Of a stretch of DNA of 36,452 bases, positions 17,270 through 24,758 are shown piece by piece. The position numbers and the translations under genes are program-made. The stretch's first letter is position 1. Each line of letters opens with the position of its first letter. The stretch comes from a virus. Its lineage: Duplodnaviria > Caudoviricetes. The notes beneath the pieces were generated by a model. It ran no database searches. It was not told the DNA's origin and worked only from the letters and a program-made list of their open reading frames with translations. The stretch is from positions 1-36,452 of IMG/VR virus record IMGVR_UViG_3300031672_000006. One strand, given 5' to 3'.

Positions 17270-17327
17270 CCGCCATCAATGATCGATCCTTGGCACGATT
17301 GATTCAAACAAAAGGAATCCAGCCATT

Positions 17328-18176
17328 CTAGGCCGCCCTACGCTGCATCCCGCTAATATCCACGAATTGCGCACGCGTCATTCTGCGGAGTGATCGATTC
17401 ATGTATACCACGGCAGGCCACGAAACCACATTAAGAGCCACAAGAGGCAGTGCCACGCATCGGCAATTCCATATTTCACCTGGAGCGTAGCGTCCCACGG
17501 ATGGCAATCGATCAAGAACTTCGGGCGACGGAGGATCGCTCCATCTAACTAGGACTTTGTCCATGATGCGGTGCGATGGCCTGACGCGCTGGTCCTCTGA
17601 CGTTGCCCATTGATACCATTCGATTCCCAAATCTTCGCTACGCGCCTGCGTGATCGCCGTGGACGCCTTCCCTGTTTCGGTTCGTGCAATCAATGCGGCA
17701 CGGCTGCGCGTGAGTTCCGGAACACGTCGACGAAGATGCTCTGCAATAGCCTCGTGCCTGAGACCTTGCCTGTGCATCTCGGCTATTTCCGTGTTGACCG
17801 ATTCTCGAATGCGGTCTGGGATAGCGCTTATCAGCCTGGCGTTTTCCGAGACGATGGAACTGACGCGCTCGCCAACGTTGGTTCGCATCTCGCGTTCAAG
17901 TGCATTGTAGATTTCCCGTCCTCGGCTGGCTCGGCGCGCAGCCTCACGCCATGATCGCGCATTTGACGCACGAATCTGCGTAGCCATGCGCAAGGCAATA
18001 CGCGCACCAATCTCTTCGAGAAACTCCGAATTGCTCGATAGTACTGCCAGCTTTTGATCGATCTGCCGTGCTGTGTCCGTGGGCGACAACTGAAACAGCC
18101 GCAAGAATATCCGGTTGATGGCCGTCCGAAATTCGGATTCGATGCGGCGATGCGGCGAGAACAGGTCGGTCTTCAC
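17328..18176 (-). CDS. Minor head protein (SPP1 gp7 / Mu F family)
   Basis: RAALIARTE, Y.W.T..D.RVR.SH and PG.IWNCRC motifs. Confidence 0.93.
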   Translation of the reverse strand: MKTDLFSPHRRIESEFRTAINRIFLRLFQLSPTDTARQIDQKLAVLSSNSEFLEEIGARIALRMATQIRASNARSWREAARRASRGREIYNALEREMRTNVGERVSSIVSENARLISAIPDRIRESVNTEIAEMHRQGLRHEAIAEHLRRRVPELTRSRAALIARTETGKASTAITQARSEDLGIEWYQWATSEDQRVRPSHRIMDKVLVRWSDPPSPEVLDRLPSVGRYAPGEIWNCRCVALPLVALNVVSWPAVVYMNRSLRRMTRAQFVDISGMQRRAA

Positions 18177-18177
18177 T

Positions 18178-19623
18178 TCAGGATTCCGAGTCTTTATCGT
18201 CCGTTGATTTATTAGGATCGGCTATATTGGATTCTCCCGGCATGGATACGTCATCGTCAGCACTTGCAATGTCCTCGTCGGTGATGTTCGTGAATAAGCC
18301 GGTCACATCCGAAGCCTGTTTCAATTCACGCAGCGCCGTCTGCCTCCCAATGATTCCGGCATTGAATGCGGAGAATATAGGCTCGGTTTGAGCCTGACCA
18401 AGATCGAATCTTTCCTTGTCGTTCACGGTTCGTATAGGAGGGAAATGATAATCCAGATCATCTGGAATTTCTCCCCATTCACTCATGCACATAATCGGAA
18501 TCAGCTTGTCGAAGATGGGCCTTAATTCCCTCTTGCGCTTCTGGTCGATTGTGTCGTAATACGTTTGCAGGTCCGAGTCTCCATTGTCGCCGAGTCCCCC
18601 AGACAGCGTTCCGAACAGTCGGGAAACGGGAATCCCGCACGCTGCCGACACATTCCTCATTGTGTTCTGCTCAATGTCGCTCAGGCCCGAGAAAGTGAAT
18701 GCCTGCGATTGCAACTCGCCATCTTCCGAGAGGGCCAGGATTCCGTTCGTTGTGATGCTTTCCGAAACGGCGCGCAGCCGATTCACGTAATCTACATACA
18801 TCTGCTGCGACAGGCCCACACCCGAGAGCATCTGAGCCAGCATGGGTTCTTTCATCACCATTACATAGGCACGCGATACGAGGTCGGCAATGCCAGCCTC
18901 GATGAAATCGCGGCGCTGGAGTTCTTGAAATATCGCTTCGACTTCCGACATTCCCCAGTATGTTTGGATCTGCTTCTCGAATAGCGGCAGGTCGCGCCCA
19001 GTGAACCTAAGAACACGGCTATGGTGCACGGTAAAATTCTGATTTGTTTCCGTGGTCACCTGATAATACTTTGGCAGTCCATATTCGGCGGGATTATCGA
19101 GATCGGAAATAAGTTCGGCCCCAGGATTAACCCCACTCCACCTGTCCACAATGATTAGCCCACGGTAACTGCCAATGTCCACATCTTCAATTTTCAATTG
19201 CTTCGACAAATCGTTGTCGCCCTTGATGATTATGATCGCGAGAGCACCGCCGAACAGCCGCCCCCATTTCAACGCCTCAATGAGCTTTTGCAGCGTCATC
19301 GTATTGGCGACCATCTTGTCGAACTCGGCGATGTCCTCGGCCTTCTGCTGCGTCTCTAGTGCGGGAAACTCCTTTAGCATGTCTTCGGGAATGGTGTCCA
19401 CTACCGCACGCACAATCCAAGAACCGCGATACATGAAGAGAAGTTTCAGATAGTCGAGCGAAATACGGTAGGGGATGTAGGTCCCGGCGTTTACTTGACT
19501 GGTTGATCCGAAGCCGGTGTTAGAGGCTGGATTGGCGTACATGTCTTTTGCGGCATTCGCCTGTTTCTGCGATGGGGCCTTCAACTTTTTGCGAATAGCC
19601 AAACTCTTTGCTTTTCCGCTCAT
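18178..19623 (-). CDS. Portal protein, DUF1073-type
   Basis: MYR.SWI....VD..PEDM, WGRLFGGA, VHHSRVLRF.G and GIP..RLFG....GL...G.SD...YYD motifs; start ATG 19623 (ATGA overlap, SD GGAGG). Confidence 0.92.
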   Translation of the reverse strand: MSGKAKSLAIRKKLKAPSQKQANAAKDMYANPASNTGFGSTSQVNAGTYIPYRISLDYLKLLFMYRGSWIVRAVVDTIPEDMLKEFPALETQQKAEDIAEFDKMVANTMTLQKLIEALKWGRLFGGALAIIIIKGDNDLSKQLKIEDVDIGSYRGLIIVDRWSGVNPGAELISDLDNPAEYGLPKYYQVTTETNQNFTVHHSRVLRFTGRDLPLFEKQIQTYWGMSEVEAIFQELQRRDFIEAGIADLVSRAYVMVMKEPMLAQMLSGVGLSQQMYVDYVNRLRAVSESITTNGILALSEDGELQSQAFTFSGLSDIEQNTMRNVSAACGIPVSRLFGTLSGGLGDNGDSDLQTYYDTIDQKRKRELRPIFDKLIPIMCMSEWGEIPDDLDYHFPPIRTVNDKERFDLGQAQTEPIFSAFNAGIIGRQTALRELKQASDVTGLFTNITDEDIASADDDVSMPGESNIADPNKSTDDKDSES

Positions 19624-20852
19624 CCAATCCTCCATCCAGGAACCATCGTATGTATAACATACCGCACACCGTCACAGCAGTGGTCATTCGATTTTATGGG
19701 CTTCTCGATTCCCTTTTGCGAGGAGTTTTTATCCCACGAATAATTCTCCATTTCACTGAGAGTCTTTTTGCATCGTGAGTGAATGCGGTATAGTCCGGTC
19801 TTAAGTGCGGAAGATACCTTTCTAATTCCCTCTTGCACTTCGTTCTTTGCATCCTTCACGAGCAGGCCTCTCTTAATCAATTCAGTCTTGAAGCTGGCGG
19901 CGCTTGGGTCCACCACCACGATCACTCCTCTTTTGTTTGGCCCAATGAACTCGATCATGTCGTCCGCATATTCAGAATCGGTTTTTTGTCGCTGCATCGT
20001 TTCAGAATCCCAATAATATTCATTGTCCTGCCATAGCCACTTTGCATCATCGTACACATCCAAGAAAACACATGGATTCGTTGTTCCGTAATCTACGCCT
20101 ATATAGCGTGCAGCGAAAGATGAATATAATCCGGCCGGCCTGGAGTCTTCATCGAAACGGCAATGACTTCCGAGGACATCCCGATAGATCGCCCCTTCGG
20201 CCATCACCCATAGACCAAGAATGTATCGCTCGTAAAAGAGGCCCTTGTATAGCGTCCTTAGCGATCTTTTGTACTCTTCGCTCAGGTTTGGGTTGTCGTC
20301 CATCGTTACATGCATACTCGACAGAACCCCCATTTTGCGAAGTGGTTCATTGTCGAGCAGTTCAACTTTTAGCCAATGCTTCGGTGAATCACAATTTGTC
20401 GTACCGTAAAGACGCGCACCTTCCGGGGAAAGCCTCGTCAAGAGCATTTGAAAGAATTCGTGCGGCATCAATGTGACTTCATCGCATACCGCAACGCCGA
20501 CAGTCATTCCCCGGATGTACTTTTCAGAGCCCTCGTCCTTCGCGCCCATCACCATCCAATACGAATCGAACAGGCGCAAGAGCCCGCTTTGATGGTTGTA
20601 TTTATAGTGTTTCGTTCCAATCAGGTTGAACAGGTCGTTTAGAACGTTGGCGAAAATGGTCTGCTTCGAGACTCCAGTAATCAGGCGCCAGCCCTTCACT
20701 GGATACCGGCACGCCCGTAGAATCTTTGGCTGAAGTGCCCACGTTTTTCCACTACGGACAGTTCCCTCAAGGATGTTGAGGCGGGAATCCAATTCCAGGG
20801 GCTTGTAAGCTAATTGCTTGAGGCGTGGTCCGTAATTAAGACGAAGGGTCAA
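19620..20852 (-). CDS. terL: Terminase large subunit (PBSX-like)
   Basis: Walker A GTVRSGKT, Walker B VCDE, TTN coupling motif, nuclease GVDYG and DHCCDGVRY; probable start TTG 20852. Confidence 0.95.
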   Translation of the reverse strand: MTLRLNYGPRLKQLAYKPLELDSRLNILEGTVRSGKTWALQPKILRACRYPVKGWRLITGVSKQTIFANVLNDLFNLIGTKHYKYNHQSGLLRLFDSYWMVMGAKDEGSEKYIRGMTVGVAVCDEVTLMPHEFFQMLLTRLSPEGARLYGTTNCDSPKHWLKVELLDNEPLRKMGVLSSMHVTMDDNPNLSEEYKRSLRTLYKGLFYERYILGLWVMAEGAIYRDVLGSHCRFDEDSRPAGLYSSFAARYIGVDYGTTNPCVFLDVYDDAKWLWQDNEYYWDSETMQRQKTDSEYADDMIEFIGPNKRGVIVVVDPSAASFKTELIKRGLLVKDAKNEVQEGIRKVSSALKTGLYRIHSRCKKTLSEMENYSWDKNSSQKGIEKPIKSNDHCCDGVRYVIHTMVPGWRIG

Positions 20853-21390
20853 CGGACACCGCTGATTTTTCGTGTTCGATCTTAAATTCGGCGAGAAGCT
20901 CAGCGAGAGGATCGGTGCTGACAGTATGCTCAACTTTGTCAGTAAACATTTTCAGGTACTTCCCGAGTAGCTCCAGGCTTCCCCGCTTGTCTCCCAACTT
21001 GAACCGCGTGCGCTTGACTGGTCGCGCATCGTCGCCGCCGCCATCGGTGTATTCTTCGACTGTGATCTCCTGCATCGCCGCCGCCTGTTCTCGGGAGAGC
21101 TTCGAGAAGTCCACATATGCCGAACCGTCTTTTTGCGTTCTTATGTAATCCAGCATATTCGCAAATCCCATCAGGCTAAGTTCGGAAAGGATTCTCTCCG
21201 TCGTAACCTCAAGCTTGTCCATGTACTTTTTCTGGCCAGCCTCTACAGCCGCACGAATATTAGCTTTGGCTAACAGCCTGGAAGCTTGCTCGTTTGCTGT
21301 TTTTTTGCTATAGCCCGCGCGGATTGCGGCCTGGGTGCCGTTCACGTCTTTTATGTACTCGGCAACGAATCTCTTCTGCTTCTGATTCAT
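20836..21390 (-). CDS. terS: Terminase small subunit
   Basis: KQKRFV.EY..D.N.TQAAIRAGYS.KTA.EQASRLL and K..LELLGKYL.MFTDK motifs. Confidence 0.95.
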   Translation of the reverse strand: MNQKQKRFVAEYIKDVNGTQAAIRAGYSKKTANEQASRLLAKANIRAAVEAGQKKYMDKLEVTTERILSELSLMGFANMLDYIRTQKDGSAYVDFSKLSREQAAAMQEITVEEYTDGGGDDARPVKRTRFKLGDKRGSLELLGKYLKMFTDKVEHTVSTDPLAELLAEFKIEHEKSAVSVDPSS

Positions 21391-21430
21391 ATTCCCAAAG
21401 TGTAACGTATCTTATCGGGATTTGGAACCA

Positions 21431-21658
21431 TCAACGAAAACGCCGATGCGGAAAACCTTTGCCACTTCCAGTTTGTCTTTCCGGGTTCTCCATTGCCTCC
21501 ATATCGATTTCCTCCGCGGGAAGTGTCGCAACTTCATCGCCACGGTCTTCCGCGTCGCTGCGTTTTCTGGCGGCAATGAATTGCTCGTACACCTTCGGGT
21601 CTTGCGGCGAGCTGGCCAGCAGAGCTTCGGTGAACGTTACGTCGATGCGATATTTCAT
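21431..21658 (-). pseudogene. 75-aa ORF resembling only the N-terminal part of stand-alone phage Cas7/RAMP-like proteins
   Basis: SD AAGGAG; MKYRIDVTFTEALLASSPQDPKVYEQFIA...DEVATL matches a recalled family pattern, then the similarity is lost. Confidence 0.45.
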
Positions 21659-21673
21659 TTTTGCTCCTTGAAT

Positions 21674-22051
21674 TTAGACGAACGGCTCAAGACTCTTTCT
21701 CTTGGGAACTTGAACAGAAGAAATATCTGTTGCGATTGGAAGCGCCTCAGTCTTGCCCAAAACCCGGAACATGAACTCCAACGCTTTACTCGGCCGCGCG
21801 GTGCGCTTTTGCCGATGGCACCATTTTGGCCCGAATTTATAAACGGCCCAGCCAAGTCTGACCGCTTCGTTTTGCTTTTCGTATTCAAGCTCCATGTAGG
21901 CACCGCGATTGTGGCCGCCCTTACCGCCTGGCATGAAGATGCCACCCTGCACTTCGAGCAGAATCTTGCGTTCCGGCCATGCGAAGTCGGCGCGAAACTG
22001 CCGCATGGGATGAAAGCGATACTGGCGGACGGGTAGCTCCAGCCCGAACAA
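21674..22051 (-). CDS. PD-(D/E)XK endonuclease of the Vsr/DUF559-like phage type; N-terminus possibly frameshifted
   Basis: QYRFHP.R.FR.DFAWP...I..EVQGG, H.RG and EK.N.A..LGW.V motifs; the frame stays open upstream (SKLEDDLF) without a canonical start. Confidence 0.8.
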   Translation of the reverse strand: MFGLELPVRQYRFHPMRQFRADFAWPERKILLEVQGGIFMPGGKGGHNRGAYMELEYEKQNEAVRLGWAVYKFGPKWCHRQKRTARPSKALEFMFRVLGKTEALPIATDISSVQVPKRKSLEPFV

Positions 22052-22077
22052 TTCAAATTCGGCAAAGAGATCGTCCT

Positions 22078-22266
22078 CTAGTTTTGAGCTTTTGCGTTTC
22101 GTGGTTGGCTCGCTTTCTGCTTTGCGCGGTACTTCCGCTTCCAGTCGATGCGGTTTTTACGGTCGCGCTCCTCGCGTTCACGCTCCTCGGCAAGCGTGCG
22201 AATCTTGACGTGTCCCGCACCTTGCACGCTCACGTCCGAACATCCCTCAGTTGAGATTTGCCGCAC
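22078..22266 (-). CDS. Basic, charged small ORF; possibly the broken N-terminus of the endonuclease
   Basis: 62-aa ORF whose 3' end overlaps the open -1 frame of the endonuclease. Confidence 0.4.
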   Translation of the reverse strand: MRQISTEGCSDVSVQGAGHVKIRTLAEEREREERDRKNRIDWKRKYRAKQKASQPRNAKAQN

Positions 22267-22305
22267 CGCTCACACTCCCTGCGCTGCCGTTCGTAACGCA
22301 TTTTT

Positions 22306-22500
22306 TTAGTGACGATTAAAGGGGCACTCAAATTCACACTCCTCACTGCCGGCCTTGCCGCATAAACCGCAACAATCCATGGCGCAGTCGACATATTCGT
22401 CCTCATCTAAGTCGAGATCACTATCTTCCGCATCATCAAAATCTTCAAATGGATCATTGTTTATAAAGTTCTGCACTTCATGTGGTCCTGGATTTGGCAT
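22306..22500 (-). CDS. Acidic, Cys-rich small protein
   Basis: SD AAGGAGG; D/E-rich tract followed by DC....GLCGKAGSEECEFECP. Confidence 0.75.
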   Translation of the reverse strand: MPNPGPHEVQNFINNDPFEDFDDAEDSDLDLDEDEYVDCAMDCCGLCGKAGSEECEFECPFNRH

Positions 22501-22741
22501 TGGTAGCCTCCTTTAGCTTGTCTCGCTGGGCCTGGTAATCTGACCACCTCGTGGCCGCATCAAGTCGTACCTCTTCGAGTGATCCCCAGTAATCCTTGAT
22601 CCACCATTCCGCTTCCTCGATCCTCGCCTCCAATACCGCCAGCGCGGCGCGTTCTCGTAGTTCGGCGATATAGTCCTCTAAGTCAGACACACAGGCGAAA
22701 TCCATCAGCCCATTGCCCACATCCACATCATTTATTACCAT
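22478..22741 (-). CDS. Hypothetical protein
   Basis: ATG 22741 (TGATG overlap, SD GGAGG). Confidence 0.65.
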   Translation of the reverse strand: MVINDVDVGNGLMDFACVSDLEDYIAELRERAALAVLEARIEEAEWWIKDYWGSLEEVRLDAATRWSDYQAQRDKLKEATNAKSRTT

Positions 22742-23022
22742 CAGAGCGTTCCTCCAAAGAACTTGTTGCGCTGGTACCTCTCGTTGAAATTTAGCTTGAA
22801 GGTGATTCCGGCGTCCGGGGTAAAGTTTTCTGGCAGCCGCCACTCAAGGAATCGGTCCACCATATACTTGATTTGGTAGTCGTTCGTCGACACATCCTCC
22901 TCGCTAGGCTCCGGCATTGCTACTGGGCGAAATAGCTTCTTGTGATAGGCGTTCATGTTCTCAACCTCGGCGCTGGTCATAGGCCGCTGTGGCGGCAAAA
23001 GCGGCTTCCGCTTCTGAGTCAT
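22741..23022 (-). CDS. Hypothetical phage protein
   Basis: ATG 23022 (ATGA overlap); contains QIKYMVDRFL.W.LPENF.PD.GI.F, a motif recalled from phage proteins. Confidence 0.65.
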   Translation of the reverse strand: MTQKRKPLLPPQRPMTSAEVENMNAYHKKLFRPVAMPEPSEEDVSTNDYQIKYMVDRFLEWRLPENFTPDAGITFKLNFNERYQRNKFFGGTL

Positions 23023-23249
23023 GTCTTCGTCTCCTTGTGGACAGAGTGGTCGTGGCCGCAGCAATCAACCTTCATTCCCCGTATGCGATCCGCCAACACT
23101 TCAGCTTCTCGGGCCATCTGATAGTGATCCCTCCTGTGCTCGGGATTGGCGGCCTCTCTCTGCATTCGCCGGTGAAAACGCAAGCCTGCATCAATCTGGC
23201 AAGCGGCCTCTTCCAAAGCACAGTCTCGCACGCGCCAATATCGCGTCAT
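23019..23249 (-). CDS. Hypothetical protein
   Basis: ATGA overlaps at both ends. Confidence 0.6.
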   Translation of the reverse strand: MTRYWRVRDCALEEAACQIDAGLRFHRRMQREAANPEHRRDHYQMAREAEVLADRIRGMKVDCCGHDHSVHKETKT

Positions 23250-23509
23250 GGCTTCACGTCGCCCATTTCGTGCAGCTTGTCTCCCGCATAACTCCCGACC
23301 GGACTGCCCATTGCGTTCATCTTAATCGACATCAGTGCTATCGCCGCTATTTCGAGCTTCTTGGTCGCTGCGGCAAGCTTTTCGAGGAGGTCGCGAATCG
23401 TCGCCTCAAGGGACGCGTTGACCCTTTCCGCAGTCGCCAGCTTTTCCCATGCGCCATCGCGCTGTTGGATCAATACTCGATACGTTGCATATTCCGTCAT
23501 CACGTCCAT
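23246..23509 (-). CDS. Hypothetical coiled-coil protein
   Basis: ATG 23509 with SD GGAGG. Confidence 0.65.
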   Translation of the reverse strand: MDVMTEYATYRVLIQQRDGAWEKLATAERVNASLEATIRDLLEKLAAATKKLEIAAIALMSIKMNAMGSPVGSYAGDKLHEMGDVKP

Positions 23510-23566
23510 TTTCTTCCTCCATTCAGGGACCAAAATGTCAACAGCGCGGTCAATCCTCCGCTAATC

Positions 23567-23635
23567 TGGTATGGGCGCTGTCGGGGATTGCACCCGATCC
23601 GGTACCGCTGTGTTGCGACGCGGCTCAGCGCCCAT
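23567..23635 (-). ncRNA. tRNA-like RNA (acceptor stem, T-arm and one middle arm, 3' ACCA)
   Basis: ATGGGCGCTG/CAGCGCCCAT 10-bp stem, adjacent TCGGG-TGCAATC-CCCGA arm, GCCGC/GCGGT arm; intergenic. Confidence 0.65.
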
Positions 23636-23642
23636 CGAATTG

Positions 23643-24050
23643 TTAGGCCTGCAAATCGAATTCCGGGAACTCCTGACGGTCAAACGGATTCGGAATATCG
23701 GTCAGCGTTACCTGCGCTTCCGCAACCGGCTCCTCGGCCACCTGAATCTCCGTGATCGGCACGCCCCGCTGTCCGCACAGCTTCACGAAGTCGTCCGTAA
23801 AGTTCGCCGGAATATTCCAGGACTTCCCTTCTTGCTGAGCGTGGAATTTCTTCAGGTCATTGGCGAGCTTCGTAACGTTTCCGTTGATCGTGGTGAGTAT
23901 CTTGCCCACGCTATAGGACACGATGTTGGGGGGCGCCCCGGCACGTATGTGCGCTACTTCGTGAGGAATCGTCGATCCCCATCCATCCCCGCAAAGCTTT
24001 TTCCTCAGAGCTTCCAAGCGAGCCATTGTGTCGTTACTAAGCTGAGTCAT
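23643..24050 (-). CDS. Hypothetical protein
   Basis: SD AAGGAGG; 135-aa ORF downstream of the DnaC-like gene. Confidence 0.75.
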   Translation of the reverse strand: MTQLSNDTMARLEALRKKLCGDGWGSTIPHEVAHIRAGAPPNIVSYSVGKILTTINGNVTKLANDLKKFHAQQEGKSWNIPANFTDDFVKLCGQRGVPITEIQVAEEPVAEAQVTLTDIPNPFDRQEFPEFDLQA

Positions 24051-24062
24051 CGTCCTACCTCC

Positions 24063-24758
24063 TTATGCGATCACGGGTATTCGCCGATCTGGACCGTCCA
24101 TGGGAAAAAGCCGAAACGACGAAAGCCGGCTCGCAATCCGTTCGTCCATCCGCTGTTCGATTTGTTCGAGTTCCCAATTCGACGTCACAATAGTCGGGAG
24201 ACTTTTGTTGATCCGTTGATCGAATACTTCAAGCGTTGACCGCCGTTCGTGGTCCGATAGTCCACCCGAGCAGAGATCGTCGAGCACCACATGCGGACTG
24301 TTCACGTAATCGCGCATCACTGAATCCTCGCTTGTCCCGACCCGATACGATTCCCGTAACGCAGCGTACAGGTCCGCGCAGCGCCTGAAGAACACCTCTT
24401 GGCGAATTAGTAGCAGTGTCCGAACGATGGCGGCCGCGAAATATGTTTTACCTGTCCCGGCGGGCCCAACGATAAACAGGCCATCCCCAGGACATTCGAG
24501 CCAAAGCAGCGCGAGCTCTTGCGTGGTTTTGGGGAAGTCGATCAAGCTTGCCCGCCGGTATCTCTGCGGCAGCCGCGCGACAACTCTCCTCTCCAAAACG
24601 CATTCACATTCGCTCGCTTTCCCGTCGCGAACCACGTAGCTCAAATCCCCGCACTTCCCACATTCAACCGGATGGGCCTGGGAAGGCTCTTGGGTAATGT
24701 TTTCCTTCTGGCTTATGGAGCGCTCCAGACGGTCGGCTATTTCCTTTAGTCCTTCCAT
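24063..24758 (-). CDS. DnaC/IstB-like AAA+ helicase loader
   Basis: CxxC..CxC zinc motif, Walker A GPAGTGKT, Walker B VVLDDL, TIVTSN, RIASRL; start moved to ATG 24758 (SD GGAGGAG). Confidence 0.92.
   Translation of the reverse strand: MEGLKEIADRLERSISQKENITQEPSQAHPVECGKCGDLSYVVRDGKASECECVLERRVVARLPQRYRRASLIDFPKTTQELALLWLECPGDGLFIVGPAGTGKTYFAAAIVRTLLLIRQEVFFRRCADLYAALRESYRVGTSEDSVMRDYVNSPHVVLDDLCSGGLSDHERRSTLEVFDQRINKSLPTIVTSNWELEQIEQRMDERIASRLSSFRLFPMDGPDRRIPVIA

Noticed and set aside
18178-19623. Anti-CBASS Acb1 call for the DUF1073 protein
   Set aside because: Position after terL and its motifs indicate the portal; no appended 2H-phosphoesterase domain with paired HxT motifs is visible
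21655-22065. 136-aa alternative-frame ORF
   Set aside because: Overlaps the motif-bearing endonuclease frame and has no recognisable features
23567-23635. Canonical tRNA gene
   Set aside because: Only one arm between acceptor stem and T-arm, a 10-bp acceptor stem and no 7-nt anticodon loop; kept as a tRNA-like ncRNA
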